64,000 nt of DNA, taken from assembly GCF_037042905.1 (NCBI RefSeq), contig NC_087245.1:1550001-1614000 (forward strand), given 5' to 3'. Positions 28,101-39,540 of the stretch are shown piece after piece. The notes beneath the pieces are model-generated. The model was not told the DNA's origin and searched no databases. It saw only the letters and a program-made list of their open reading frames with translations. The DNA is from Lytechinus pictus. Lineage: Eukaryota. The translations under genes were made by a program, and so were the position numbers. Position 1 is the first letter of the stretch; each line of letters begins with the position of its first letter.

Positions 28101-28233
28101 CCCAATCACACAGGAATCGGAAGATACCATTATACAACTGGAAGAGGGGTCAACACACATCTTTTGTGAGGGGAATGAAAAGCTGAGGAAACAGCTGAGA
28201 GATGTGCTCATCAGTTGCTTAGGAAGATTTTGA
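4157..28233 (+). CDS. INTS9: Integrator complex subunit 9 (metallo-beta-lactamase/beta-CASP fold, catalytically inactive), 18 coding exons in window; short first exon not found (probably upstream of window)
   Basis: Exons read by hand with AG/GT boundaries and consistent phases: 4157-4284, 4767-4833, 5124-5186, 6681-6764, 8937-8992, 9834-10041, 10838-10927, 11433-11589, 12119-12299, 16205-16308, 17228-17356, 20800-20924, 21723-21803, 22205-22291, 23358-23456, 25662-25823, 26594-26650, 28114-28233 (TGA). Sum 1998 nt, open frame. Peptides [102 protein letters not shown] match INTS9 as I recall it. Confidence 0.96.
5620..6323 (+). mobile_element. 5'-truncated copy of the same HINE-like family
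   Basis: Same core repeats; same 3' end GCAGGTGAGACTGCTAGAGGCGTTACACTTGT. Confidence 0.7.
6758..7520 (+). repeat. ~50-bp minisatellite (~16 units) containing the exon/intron junction AGAG|GTAAGATACACC
   Basis: Unit GTAAGATACACCAAACCTTTAGTACTGTAGTATGGTGYAGTGTTATAGAG; GT positions 6765, 6815, 6867, 6909, 6959, 7009, 7059, 7099, 7149, 7203, 7253, 7308...; decays toward the 3' end. Confidence 0.92.
12305..13938. mobile_element. Non-autonomous DNA transposon with 6-bp TSD (possibly hAT6-like)
   Basis: 14-bp TIR CATACCTGCCAACC / GGTTGGCAGGTATG; TSD GGTATG at 12299-12304 and 13939-13944. Confidence 0.8.
13985..15013. mobile_element. PIF/Harbinger-like MITE carrying a nested TA-flanked MITE at 14203-14925
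   Basis: Outer TIR GTGGCCCACATTCTGAA / TTCAGAATATGGGCCAC (TSD unclear); inner TA|CTGTAAA...TTTTCGCG and GCGAAAA...TTTACAG|TA. Confidence 0.6.
15160..15340 (-). mobile_element. tRNA-derived SINE, diverged copy
   Basis: Reverse complement resembles 29640-29820. Confidence 0.7.
17370..19939 (-). mobile_element. Sola-like DNA transposon with decayed transposase remnant
   Basis: TIR GGGCAATTCCA / TGGAATTGCCC; ATAT duplication at 17366-69 and 19940-43; 8 copies of (G)CGTAACGGACATGAC in both orientations; - strand remnants DSLEHDK, FFSDG and WHFF...KEAVEG at ~18820-19070 with stops and frameshifts. Confidence 0.72.
22840..23066. mobile_element. PIF/Harbinger-like MITE
   Basis: TIR including TCTTACAAAGAGTT.CGATTGAT; CTG duplication at 22837-39 and 23067-69. 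Confidence 0.65.
23530..25212 (+). mobile_element. Helentron-associated (HINE/Pearl/Tsp-like) element with internal tandem core repeats
   Basis: 5' GTCTCACCTGC + (CGG)n tract, tandem cores containing GACCAAGGTCAAAGGTCA and TCATGAAACTTGGACATAAG, 3' GCAGGTGAGAC...CACTTGTT; T-rich insertion context. Confidence 0.72.
24304..24911. mobile_element. ~608-bp TIR element inserted in a HINE core repeat
   Basis: Interrupts GGATCTGA..TCATGAAACT; imperfect TIR CATGACGAAAACTTCCGTTTGAGAA / TTCTCCAAACGGGGGTTTGACGTTATG. Confidence 0.65.
26799..27575. mobile_element. piggyBac-like MITE
   Basis: TTAA|CCCTAA...TTAGGG|TTAA; subterminal poly-G/poly-C hairpins. Confidence 0.82.
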
Positions 28234-28461
28234 TAAAAGCCAATGACTTTGACAAACTGTTTGTTGAATGCAACATCCTGACCGATGGACAATGGCCCTG
28301 GATAGTCAAGTATTCTTGAAGGAACACTAACTTGGAGATCACTTGGATTTGAATATTGCAATGTGAAAGTTTTCTATCTTGGGTTGGTGAAGAATAATAC
28401 CAAAAGAACCAACTTCAAACTTGCCTCATTTTGCATGTTGATTTGATGGTGATCTGATCAG

Positions 28462-28620
28462 AGGTGCAATAACTCAGTCGAAAGAGCGGGGGTTTTGTAT
28501 TCCGGTAACCCGGGTTCGATTTCCACTTGGTGCGCTAGTGCCCTTTGGTAAGGCATTAATCCTCATTACCAGGTCCCTTGGAGAGGACCTTAAGCCGTCG
28601 GTCCTCTGGTTGCTTGCTTA
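28462..28620 (+). mobile_element. tRNA-derived SINE (second family) in presumptive INTS9 3' UTR
   Basis: Degenerate A box, B box GGTTCGATTTCC, core GTGCCCTTTGGTAAGGCA...GACCTTAAGCCGTCGGTCC. Confidence 0.6.
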
Positions 28621-29623
28621 CAGGGTTAGAATTCATGCTTTCTTAGCAATTAAGTTAAAATTCTCTACCTTTTACCATTTGGGTCGTGAGATCAAAGGTA
28701 AATAAAGAGGTAAATTTATACCTGAATATAGATCTGTCTCTCAAACACTTGTTTGAAGGATCAGCTTCTGGCAGTGGTTGAGAAAATAAATTTAATTGCA
28801 TCCAGTGATGTATCCATGTAGTTCTTTTTTCTTTGAAAGTGATTGTTATTGAAGGAATTTTAGATGAAGCAAACAGCCATCAAAAGATTTTATTATAAGT
28901 AAAGATATGGGTTTAGAGCAATAATTTATTGATATCAACTCTGCTATTTCTGCTGTATTTTAAACTGAATTTAAAAAAAAAGACAGATACTGTGGGTTTC
29001 ATGGAAGAATACTGCTGTTCTAGAAATTGCATTGCTAGACAGGCCCATTGCAGAACAGGTTAAAGACCTTCTAAATTTGTATGACATATGTAATAAGTGT
29101 TAATAATAATATCTGAATTACTGATTAAAAAACAGTCTAAATCTACCACCATTGCAAGTTAGCTGAATGAATCAAAATCACGTTGGGTTGCAAAATTGTG
29201 GTTTAAAAAGCATTGGAAAGCACTTTAAAACCACTAAACGTGAGAATTCTATTAAACATAACCAAATTGTCAATTATTCAGCTTGCTTTTTTTTTCACTT
29301 ATGCCCCCCCCCCACCCCCAATACAACACATGGATCAACACCCCAAGATAACAATATTTTTACATATGAAACAAATATGTAAAACTGGAATCATGATAGG
29401 TGCTAGAGCCAAAGGTGACATATTATATCCTGATAATGATATATCTTTGTAATGTCATGTGTTTGATAATATTGGGTTGAATTTCCCTTCAAAACAATGT
29501 CAAGTTATTGGTTTCTGTTATTTCCATCCCATGGCCCATAAAATTAAAATCCCATTTGTTCGGTTCGATTGTAATTACTTTGGAAGTCTTGATTCTGATT
29601 TATTTTAGATGAAGCTTTCCATT

Positions 29624-29900
29624 ACCGGTGTGTTGGCTCAGTTGGTAGAGCGTCCGTCTCACAACCGGGAGGTCGGGAGTTCAAACCCCGGCCGCGTTAG
29701 ACCAAAAGACGTTAAAAGATGGGAGTTGCTGCTACCCTGTTTGGCATTCAACGATTAAAGGGATAGAGCCTGGTCGATCTGGCGCTGCACAGCGGCTGCC
29801 AGGCCCACGATCAATTGGGCGAAGCAAATTTTCGGAGTATTTCCTTTCATGTCTATTTCGAACAATAAAATACGGATTTTCAACATTTTTTTTTTTTTTC
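29624..29900 (+). mobile_element. tRNA-derived SINE
   Basis: A box TGGCTCAGTTGG, B box GTTCAAACC, followed by non-tRNA body; diverged inverted copy at ~15160-15340. Confidence 0.8.
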
Positions 29901-32506
29901 ATTTAACATTAATTGCAAATTTGCCATCAATAATTATTTTTTATGCAACTGGACTCTGGGATACAGTGACTCAAAGAGACAGAGAAGTTGATAATGATTT
30001 AACAATTAACATAGGTTTCTTCACAAGTATTTCTGTATTTGATACATGTTAAACCTGCTGACTCCTGTGTATTTTGTAATTCCCATAAGTTTGTATCTTG
30101 ATCACCAGGGCCAGCTGGAAAATGGCTTGAAACAAGATGATATGATATATATATGTTCTGTATATATGTGAATAAAGACAGCTCCAAATGATATCTATAA
30201 AATGCATTTATGTTTGTTTATTGGAAGAGAGAAATATGAACAAATGTGCAATGATTGTGATGTGGGTAATACAAATTCTAGAATAATGACATTCATGAGA
30301 GCATTGACATACTTGGATTGTTTTCAGAGCTTAGAAGACAATTTAAAGTTATCAGCATTTAATTAAAGGACCAATCAACCTTGCTAATGAAATGAATATG
30401 TGGAAGGAAAACATAACAGATTAGAATGGTGAAAGTGTGAAAAAATGGACGTGGCATAAGAAAGTTAACAAAGGTCAATTCCACCAGAGAAAAATGTTGA
30501 TTTGAATCAATAGAGAAACCTCAAACAGCATAACGCTGAAAATTTCATTAAAATCGGATGTAAAGTAAGAAAGTTATGACATTTAAAGGTTTTGTGTATT
30601 TTTCATAAAATAGTTATATTCATAACTCAGTGATATACAAATAAGAGAGTTGACATTGTTCCTTACTCTGTATTTCTTTTGTTTTGTATTGTTTGCCTCT
30701 AAAATATTTCAATTTTTTACGGGTTTTGTAATAGTGACCAACTTGACTGAAGTATAATGTGTTAAAACAATAATTCCACATGTTTATGGATGAATTTTTT
30801 TTTTTACATGACACAGGAAAAAATCTAAGTATATCATAAAAATAAAATACAAAAGAAATAGGGAGTGGGTGATGTTACCAGTCTCTTCATTTGAATACCG
30901 TTCATGATGTGCATGTAACTTGTTTGTGAAATTGACTGAGACTTTATCATAACTTTATTATTTTACATCTAATTTTGATGACATTTTCAATGTTATGGTT
31001 TTATGGTTTTTCTCTTTTTGTTAAAATGAACTTTTTGTTTGGATGGACTTACCCTATAATGTTTGAAAAATGAGATCACTGTGACTGTACAAATTTCAAA
31101 TTGGCAATTTGATGAGTAGATTGAAAAGTGGCAAGAACAATTTTCATTTCGAATGGTCTTAAAAAGCAGAAGTTGGAGATTTTCGCTTTTCCCTCTGTGC
31201 AGTAATAAAACAAACATTAAAACGCATTGCCATATTTTTACTTGAGTAATAACTTGAGAAAAAAAGAAAGCAAATGGAGGGGGTGGACTTCCCTAAAATA
31301 TCATGACATCGACGAGGGGGGGGGGGGGGCGAGGGAGGAGGTAAGAGATCCGCTGGTCGGAATTAGGGCTAGCTGTCACTGAACTCCCTTTGCCCAAATG
31401 GAGAAGAAATATGTATAGTAAGATCCGGGAATAAGATCTCTTTTAGAAGACCGAGGTTGGGCTATATTCCTGTTTCAAGAAGGCTGCATGTCAACATACC
31501 CTTTGATGGTTGGATATGAAATGCCAGATATATGTTCTGGAAGTAAACATATTAGTCCTAAAGTAATCCTTATTTTTGCTTACTGCTATGCAAGGAAAAT
31601 AATTATGTGGTCAAAATATGAAGAAAAAAGTAAAATGATATAAATCACCAGAAAGAGGGATTCATTCGCTTTCTATTCAAGTATTCATCTAAGAAAATCG
31701 AGCTGTGTATCAGAAATCGTGATAGAATAGTAGTATTTTTATTTTTTAATGAAAATTTAGGCATAAAAAAAATTTGTTAGGTTTAATCATATCTAGCAGA
31801 TTTATATATTTAGAAAATCAAGTGATGTGAAATCTACCCAATCTAATTAAAATCATGCTTTGAAAGGAACCCTCCTTGACTCTTCATTGTAAAAAAAAAA
31901 AACCTTGGGGAAAAAATCCTTTTCAATTTTGCTTTTTGACGTTACCATAAAGTCTGTACATCCGTCGATAAACCTTTTTTTTTCGTGGTCGTAAAACTCG
32001 ATCATCCCCACACCACTTTGCTCTTTCCAGTGGTACTCTGATTTTGTGGGTTGTTACTGAATCACTGTCTGGGTTTGTTAAGTGGCATTTCATCGTCTGG
32101 AGAACGCATCGCTCCAGTGCCAGAGGCAGTACCGTAATATAGTAAGTCACCAAAATCCCGTATCAAAAATTCTGACGACAAGTTAGACTGACAATGCAAT
32201 GACATCGCGCGCGTTTGCATGAGGGCGTATGTCACCGCAAAGGATCACGGGAATCAAATAGGGGGCCTAACGCAAACGTTAGAGGCAAACGCAACATTGG
32301 TATCGATCACAGACACAGGCCTAATTCCCATGGCCATACATACCGGTACTCGTGTGTTATTGTTTTAAAGTCATGAAAGTGGCACTTTTCAAAAATTCAT
32401 TTTAGTTTTTACTCTGAGTCTGACAATCATAAAAAATAAGAATGAAATTCGAGGGTTGTTGAATGTTTAGTGGCAGTAACTATACCGTACTATACTATAG
32501 ATCTAG

Positions 32507-33077
32507 CCCGGGGGGGCCACTTCCATTGGCGAGTGGATACCATGCGCGACCATGGGGTCTCGAAAAGCACCCTAAACACGTAATTTCCATATGCTGAAAA
32601 TGCACCCCTTAACAAGTATTGGCGTGTGAAACCCTACCCTTAACAAGTATTGGAAACAAAACGATACTCTTTGGCTTTGCAAATATTCCCTGAAATGAAC
32701 CCCTAAACAAGTACAGAAATATTTTAATGTAACGGGTCCTACGGTCGTCGGTTTTACCTTTATACACATCATTTGGTTATTAAAGTACGACGCCACCTTC
32801 TACACCTCGTGCAAATCGGACTCTAAACACGTAGTGTTGGGGCAAAAGGGACATCCTTTTTAAAACATTTTAATTTTGTTTTATCATCCCCGCAAATTTG
32901 ACCCTAAACACGTAACTTTCTTAGCGAAATAGATACCCTTTTTTCATTATTTTTGTGTTTTTGATACCCTTATCACGTTACGTACGTAACGTGCCCTATC
33001 GTGAAAAAGACATCCTTTTTACGTGTTTTTTTGGTCGCGCATGGTATCCACTCGTCAATGTAAGTGGCCCCCCCGGG
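32507..33077. mobile_element. MITE with CCCGGGGG... TIRs and 8-bp TSD
   Basis: ~47-bp TIR (CCCGGGGGGGGCCACTT.CATTG.CGAGTGGATACCATGCGCGACCA); TSD AGATCTAG at 32499-32506 and 33078-33085; related fragments at ~300-500, ~2400-2765 and 43227-43342. Confidence 0.88.
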
Positions 33078-33482
33078 AGATCTAGTCACGTATTGTATTA
33101 ATTACTGGACACTATCATGATTCCCGACGCACATATTACTGCGTACGAAAACAATTTCGTACCGTAAGGCTTCTGCAGTTCAATTTCACAGAGCAATAGT
33201 ATACTATAGTGAGTGATTGTATTAGTATTACCGACCGGCCTTGTAAGTTGTATTACCGTAAGGGTACTAGTATTCAACCCGTTTGAAGAGTTTCCTCAAA
33301 TATATAGAAATATAGAATTTACCTGAATTTCAGACCCGTCTTATTTCCAAGAGCAAATGCTGGTTATTCTTTTTCCGTTATCTTTTTCTTCAACCAGTTG
33401 ACTGTGTGCGCGGGCGATCGAATTATACGGCGACGGATTTTGGTACTAGTATTCAACCCGTCGGTACTAGTATTCAACCTAG

Positions 33483-34025
33483 TGTTGTAAAAATGAAAGT
33501 TGTGGGTTACAGATATGTGATGGCACGAGACACATACGATTATGATGGGCGAGTGGTTTAAACTTACAATTACAACACTGACAAGGATTAGGACTCACTA
33601 ATACACAAATGGGTTACCGACGGTACGAGACAGTGACAACAACTAATACTCACCTGACACTTGTACAGACGATGCCACACGGTAGATAAACAGGTATACT
33701 AATTCTATGTTGCTTCTATGTTACTTGTAGACCATGGCGCCTGGTGGGGAACAGCTGGGATGCATGTCCACACTCGATGGCGTCTCTGGGTCTTCTCTCT
33801 GTGGTGTCGGGATTCAATCTCTCAGCACCAGCTTGTGTACGTGCTGTGCAACGCACACACGTAGCAGGCGTAGGAGCATATAAAGGCTCCTCCAATCAGG
33901 AGCGCTCCTCGCATACACACAGCACATACACAGACTTAATATACATGAACATAGATCAATACATATATACTAATACACAGACTAATACATATATGGTACT
34001 ACAGGTACATGGCAAATTTACTACA
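33483..34025 (-). repeat. 3' LTR (543 bp)
   Basis: Differs from the other LTR at about 7 positions by eye; preceded on - strand by the polypurine tract at ~34026-34033. Confidence 0.93.
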
Positions 34026-35068
34026 TTCCTCCCGGTTCCATCAGATTGCGACATATATTGACAAATCTATGAATTGACTATATTGTGCAATCTCAATAGA
34101 AAAATACAGATATGAAGAACTCTGACAGAGGAATGTAATATATGCCTATATGATTAAAACTGATTAAATACATGACATCAATAAAATACCTCAAATACAT
34201 AAAAAGTGTGATCTGAGGACATAAACTTGTTTCTATAATAACTTGTTCATTTAAAAAGGTTGCTGGTCCAGCAAAATCAAATATCTTATCGCTTGAGACC
34301 AGCAAATATACACTTTGAGAAACAAGAACAAGTTAATGGTAAGTAATCCGGCCAGTCTGGCCCAGTCTTGTCTATGTATTGATAGTTGAAACAAAGAATA
34401 TATTCTTATTTAGTGCAAGTCTAAAAGACTGAAAGAAGGTGTGTTCATCCTTCAAAGTGCACTTCTTTACATATAGATTGTTCAGGTTGACTCTTGGTCA
34501 GTGCTGTATATCAAGTTGTATATTGTACTATTAATAAGCATAACAATGAAATAAAGCCAATTTGGCTGGAGCTCTGTTACCAATATATAGGCCTGTACAA
34601 TGTGACCTTTACAAATATGATATATGATTGGTAATATGTTTGAGCTCTTAAAAGCATGTAAAGTAATGATACTTCAACCAGATCTGGTGCAAATAAATAT
34701 AACAACCTGGACTTGACATACATACATAGTATTTTCTCTTTGAGAAAAACTACTACTATTTCAACATCCTGTATGACAATATTTCCAGGGTTGTTTATAT
34801 TAGCCTTTGCAAACAAGGTAAAGGATCTATGGTTGAAATATCTATATATCTTTTATGAAGTATAAAATATATACAAATATGATAAAAGAATTATCTATTG
34901 CATAACCAGTGTTTGCACCAATTACTTCATATGTCACCTGAAGAGGTAAAAACTATTGAAAAATAAGAAGTGTGCCTTCACCTTCAGTGACTATTAAAAG
35001 AAATACAACGTATAACAGAAATTTCAATTGCAGGACTTTCAGCAACTGATCAAGGAGATACTACTCCA

Positions 35069-37015
35069 TTATTGGGGTGGTGGCCAGGGAGGAAGGAGCC
35101 ACGGACAAGGTATAATAAATGGGTCATTACTTAAACTACAGACATATCTCTGGTTCCACCAGAGAAGAGAACTGAGGAATTCAAGGATGGACAGCTTAGG
35201 AGGGGTACTTCCCCAAAGCATTTGCACAAGATAACTCTGCCCATGCTTGGCATCCTCAGTAGAGGCTCGACTGTCCTCTGACACAGTTACAAAACTTACA
35301 TTATCTACACCTATGGTATTAGCTGTAACATCACTTACACATGTAGTATTGACAGTTATATCGTCTACACATGTGGTATTTACAGTTACATCATCTACAC
35401 TTAAGATATCTACACGTTTTACTGCTACACGTTCTGGACAGTTCCTCTTAATGTGTCCAGATTTGTTACATGCAAAACAAACATCACGACAAGACAACTG
35501 GGATTCAGTGTCTTCTGTCGAAGGAGAATGTGTATGCCTATTCAGCTCTGGGACAGCAGTTACCGATCCCTGGACTGAGGACTGGAAGGACTTCATCTGT
35601 GCCCCTGGAGCAGATTGAATATCAACCTTCTTCTCCAGATTGGGCACTCGGTCCTCCAGACTGTTCTGACCGGAGGACTGCTGAGCATTAGAGGCATGCC
35701 CGGAAACACCCATACGGTTAACTCTGGGATCCTCCTCGACAGTATCGTAAGACCTTTGTCTTGCATACTTTAGCCGATGCTGAAACCACCGAACTAAGTA
35801 AATGGCATCATCGAGATTCCGAGGACGTGATTTGATAGCGTATTTTCCCGCTTCATGGTCTAATAAACCCTGACAAAACTTTTGCACTATTTGCCTCTCA
35901 AAAATCTCCTCAGGCAATCCGTCAAAGACGCGTGAAGCGTAGGATAGGACACGGTCGGCCCATTCCCCCTTTGTTTCGGTTGTTGCCTGCTGCGCAAAAT
36001 CAAATTGCAATTGTGCGACAGGAAATTCTTTGGAAGCAAATCTTTGCTCAAGCTTCTTGATAACATCTGTATAGGGAATGTTTAGCTTGGAAGAAACAAT
36101 AATTGATGCAAAATATTTGATTGCGCTTCCCTCAAGACAGAAGCAAAGTTCATTGAGCTGTTGGGCTTGACCCCAACCGCGATCTTCCGAATATAGCTGG
36201 AAATTACGTATAAAAGTGTGCCAACATCCTCTACCATCGAAGGTCACGTACTTGGGCAACGAGGACACTCGCGGACCAGTACACCCACGAGAATAAGATC
36301 TCAGGGCATCGCAACCTCGATCTAAGGACGGAAGCCTTGAATCTAGAGTAGATGAATGCCGAGATGATTTCAGTTCTTCTGACAATGATTTCATTTGAAC
36401 AGCCATACAGTGCATCATCATTGCTATATAAGCATCATCTTTGGAATGATCATTAGAAGTATGACAAGAAGATTGTGGATAAGCATCATATTCATTTGTA
36501 ATCTGAACCCTACTATTTGATCTGGATTCACACTGAGTATAAGATGATTGTTTGGAATCCTCACTAATATAGGGAGTATTAGGAGCATACATGTATCTAG
36601 AGTGCTCAGTATATTGTGAATGTCTATCCTGATCAACGTTGGAAGAACCATATGACCTATGACCAAAATTCCTGGAACAATCTCCATAATGATCAGTCCT
36701 AGAATAACAAGATGCATCAGGATGCAAATTATGAGCCAGAGGCTTTCTACCAGTATTGGGTTCAGCATATTTATATTGGCATTTATCAGCACATTTATAT
36801 ACAAGATCTGTTAAATCGAGATCAGATAAATAATGTATCCTTGAACAATCAAACCTCTCATAAACAAATTCATCTACAAAATTTCTTGGATAACCAAGCT
36901 TGTACAGATTATTTGCCAGTGAATACTCATATAAGTATCCCCTACTAGTATTACGACTGTCTATAATGTCTTCAACTAATCCTTGTCTTGCTCTGGCGAT
37001 TTCACTTTGCATCAT
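35069..37015 (-). CDS. Gag-like polyprotein (capsid-like domain + CCHC zinc knuckle), 648 aa
   Basis: Uninterrupted ORF inside LTR element; capsid-like block FDGRGCW..F..NF...RGW....L...L.G.A...F...Y..VI..LEQRF....Q...ET..EWADRV....F.QGL....RPRNLDDAI; knuckle CFACNKSGHIKRNC (CX2CX4HX4C). Confidence 0.88.
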   Translation of the reverse strand: MMQSEIARARQGLVEDIIDSRNTSRGYLYEYSLANNLYKLGYPRNFVDEFVYERFDCSRIHYLSDLDLTDLVYKCADKCQYKYAEPNTGRKPLAHNLHPDASCYSRTDHYGDCSRNFGHRSYGSSNVDQDRHSQYTEHSRYMYAPNTPYISEDSKQSSYTQCESRSNSRVQITNEYDAYPQSSCHTSNDHSKDDAYIAMMMHCMAVQMKSLSEELKSSRHSSTLDSRLPSLDRGCDALRSYSRGCTGPRVSSLPKYVTFDGRGCWHTFIRNFQLYSEDRGWGQAQQLNELCFCLEGSAIKYFASIIVSSKLNIPYTDVIKKLEQRFASKEFPVAQLQFDFAQQATTETKGEWADRVLSYASRVFDGLPEEIFERQIVQKFCQGLLDHEAGKYAIKSRPRNLDDAIYLVRWFQHRLKYARQRSYDTVEEDPRVNRMGVSGHASNAQQSSGQNSLEDRVPNLEKKVDIQSAPGAQMKSFQSSVQGSVTAVPELNRHTHSPSTEDTESQLSCRDVCFACNKSGHIKRNCPERVAVKRVDILSVDDVTVNTTCVDDITVNTTCVSDVTANTIGVDNVSFVTVSEDSRASTEDAKHGQSYLVQMLWGSTPPKLSILEFLSSLLWWNQRYVCSLSNDPFIIPCPWLLPPWPPPQ

Positions 37016-39540
37016 TATGAATTCCAGATAAATTCAGGAAAGTATTATTGATGATCACCTTGGTGATTCAAAGGCATATTCTTAAACATATTTTAAATGA
37101 TACTTTCATTTATTCAATGATCTACAGTGTATTAAACTTAGCAGAATAAAGCTTGCAGATCAGTGAAAGAACTTAACTAGGTTTGTTTATACTTGTGTCA
37201 CTGAACACACTTACTGCCAAGGAAAGAGTGAAGTACTGCAATACTTGTACTGCTAAGAACAAGCGTCTGACTCTGAATATTAATAATAAATGTACACACT
37301 CCTGTAGCAATGGATGTATTCAGTGAAAGTATATTTACAAAGTACAGTGCAGCTTCAAGTTTCAGAAACTACACTTGTAGAATAGAATATCAAACTTCTA
37401 CTACTCTGAGTAATCGCAGAAGTGTCAATAAGTTTTACTTACTCTACGACTATTAAAAGAACCTAACAAGGATTCAACTTATCGAAGCCTCAACGATTTA
37501 CAGGAGTAGCATTCAATAATAATTGTTTATTTCTGATGAATGCAATATATAAATGCAATATATAAATGTTTATTTCTGATGAATGCAATATATAAATGTC
37601 AAACACACATTTATCCCACATCCAATTTTCTTTCTTTTTTTTCCTCTTTTTTTTTTTTCTTTTTTTTTAGAATGGGGATAAGTTACCAACTAAAAAATGA
37701 TGAGACTACTATTTAGAAATCAACTTGCGCAAAATGACAGCAGTGAATTTTGTACTTCACTGATGAATGGGATTCTAGAGCCTGAATAGAAATTTGCAAA
37801 TTTTCAGCGCAAGAATGATGCTCCAAAAATACAAAAGCAACTATATGAAAAAAATAATTTCAAAGAATGTTGATATCAATTATTCTGATATCAAAGATCA
37901 ATAGTATCTGTACTTTTCACTTAAAATCAGAATCAAGAGTTGATTGAATTAAAATAAGTATTTTCAAGAACCTTATTAAAATTTATTCAGAACTTTTTGA
38001 CCTTTACTTGAGAACAATCTTTCTTTTAAAAATATAGAAATTAAATCTCTCATATAGGAATTAAATTTACAAGCAAGAATTATTCCAAAGAAAAATTCCT
38101 GATCTAACAATGCTTGTTAAAAAGTAATCTACTAAGAAAACCTGAATTTCAAACAGACAGAAAGACAATCCAGGATAACCTCCTAGAAAAATTTCCTACA
38201 AAGAACTAAGGGCCTGAAATTAAATTCCAAGTCCTCGTTCAAACAAGTGTACACCGAGTCAAAAGGCAAAGCAAAACAATTGCACTTGTTGGCTCCAGGT
38301 ATACACGGTCAGGAAATTACAAACACCTGAAAGATGAACAAGATTATCTGCAACAGAAAATTCCCTAAACTATATGAAGATACTAGATCTATTCGGGATT
38401 TATTAAATTCTCACTTTGGAATTCTTCTGATCCAATAAAACGAGTATTTTTATGGTTAAATTTCGAGCTAGTTTTACAAAAATCAGAAGTGTCACAAAGA
38501 TCTGAAATATATTTTAGGTAAAAAACCAATTCACTGCTCTAACTCAACTGATAAGCTCAAATTCAAGAGGTTAAAGGAATTCGAATAAATTATTTTAATT
38601 CCCAGTAAGAGTCGAATTGACATCAAACAATGCAAAGACAAAGTAGTGATAGTGCTGCCTACAGCACAACACCTACACGTGAGATAGGCACACGCTATTG
38701 CCGTTGGCTGGTGGAGATCTACTTGATCGACACCGTCACCGGACAAAGCTGAAAAAAGTACAAACGAGAATATGGCAATATGGGAACAAGGAACTTAGCT
38801 CAATTCACGTAAATATTGAGTCAAGAGACAATTGGCAGCTAAATCCAGCAAATTGTCAGTAAAAACTGACGAAAAGGAAACTCGTTCAAAATTTGCCTTC
38901 ACGGAAACGATAGCCGGCTCGTGAACGTTACCCCTGCCTGGAGCTACCGGCCAGACGGAGAGGTGCGCTGCGCTGGTGTTGGTTGGAAACCGCGCGACGT
39001 TAAATCTAAAATTAACTAATAAAGAATGATCCAATTACAAAATCAACTTCTAGTTCTACGAGTTCCTACTTAGAACTAATCTTTAAAATAAATCAACGGC
39101 CAATCACTATAATAGTATAAAATCAGAGTTTCGCAAACTCTAACTCTGATCGACTGTTGTGTTTACGAGTCTCGATCAAGTGAAAAATATAAGTTAGAAG
39201 TCACGTGATTCGGCTCGGCAGTGCTTCACCGAGCGAGCTAGGCGATCGAGGGTAGATTGTCAATTTTTGGTCAAAACAATCTTATTACTTTTTGACTGGC
39301 AAATCAATGGAAATCAAAATCAGCACATAGATTTCTCAATAGTGATGATTCAATTTATTTCGAATCAAACCGAGACGACATATAAACATGTAACATGAAG
39401 AACATAGAGAATAATATATCTAAGTTATCAAGAAATTAATAGCCTACCGGTTTCTCTGCAAAACTACACAATTTCAAAAAATTATGGAGCCTACACCCAA
39501 CCAGCCCAAACTACCAATTATTTGATAGGGAAGATAAAAT

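Noticed and set aside
29624..29700. tRNA-like sequence with A and B boxes
   Set aside because: Poor acceptor and anticodon stem pairing, continues into a SINE body, and a diverged copy exists at ~15160-15340; SINE head rather than tRNA gene.
33744..34061. Duplicated + strand ORF MGNSWDACPH... (also 41254-41610)
   Set aside because: Lies in the LTRs antisense to the element, starts at GTG and has no recognisable domain; identity merely reflects LTR duplication.
34026..35068. Possible pol or env remnant downstream of gag
   Set aside because: AT-rich with only short ORFs; no protease, YxDD or integrase motif seen by eye (an HMM search is still needed).
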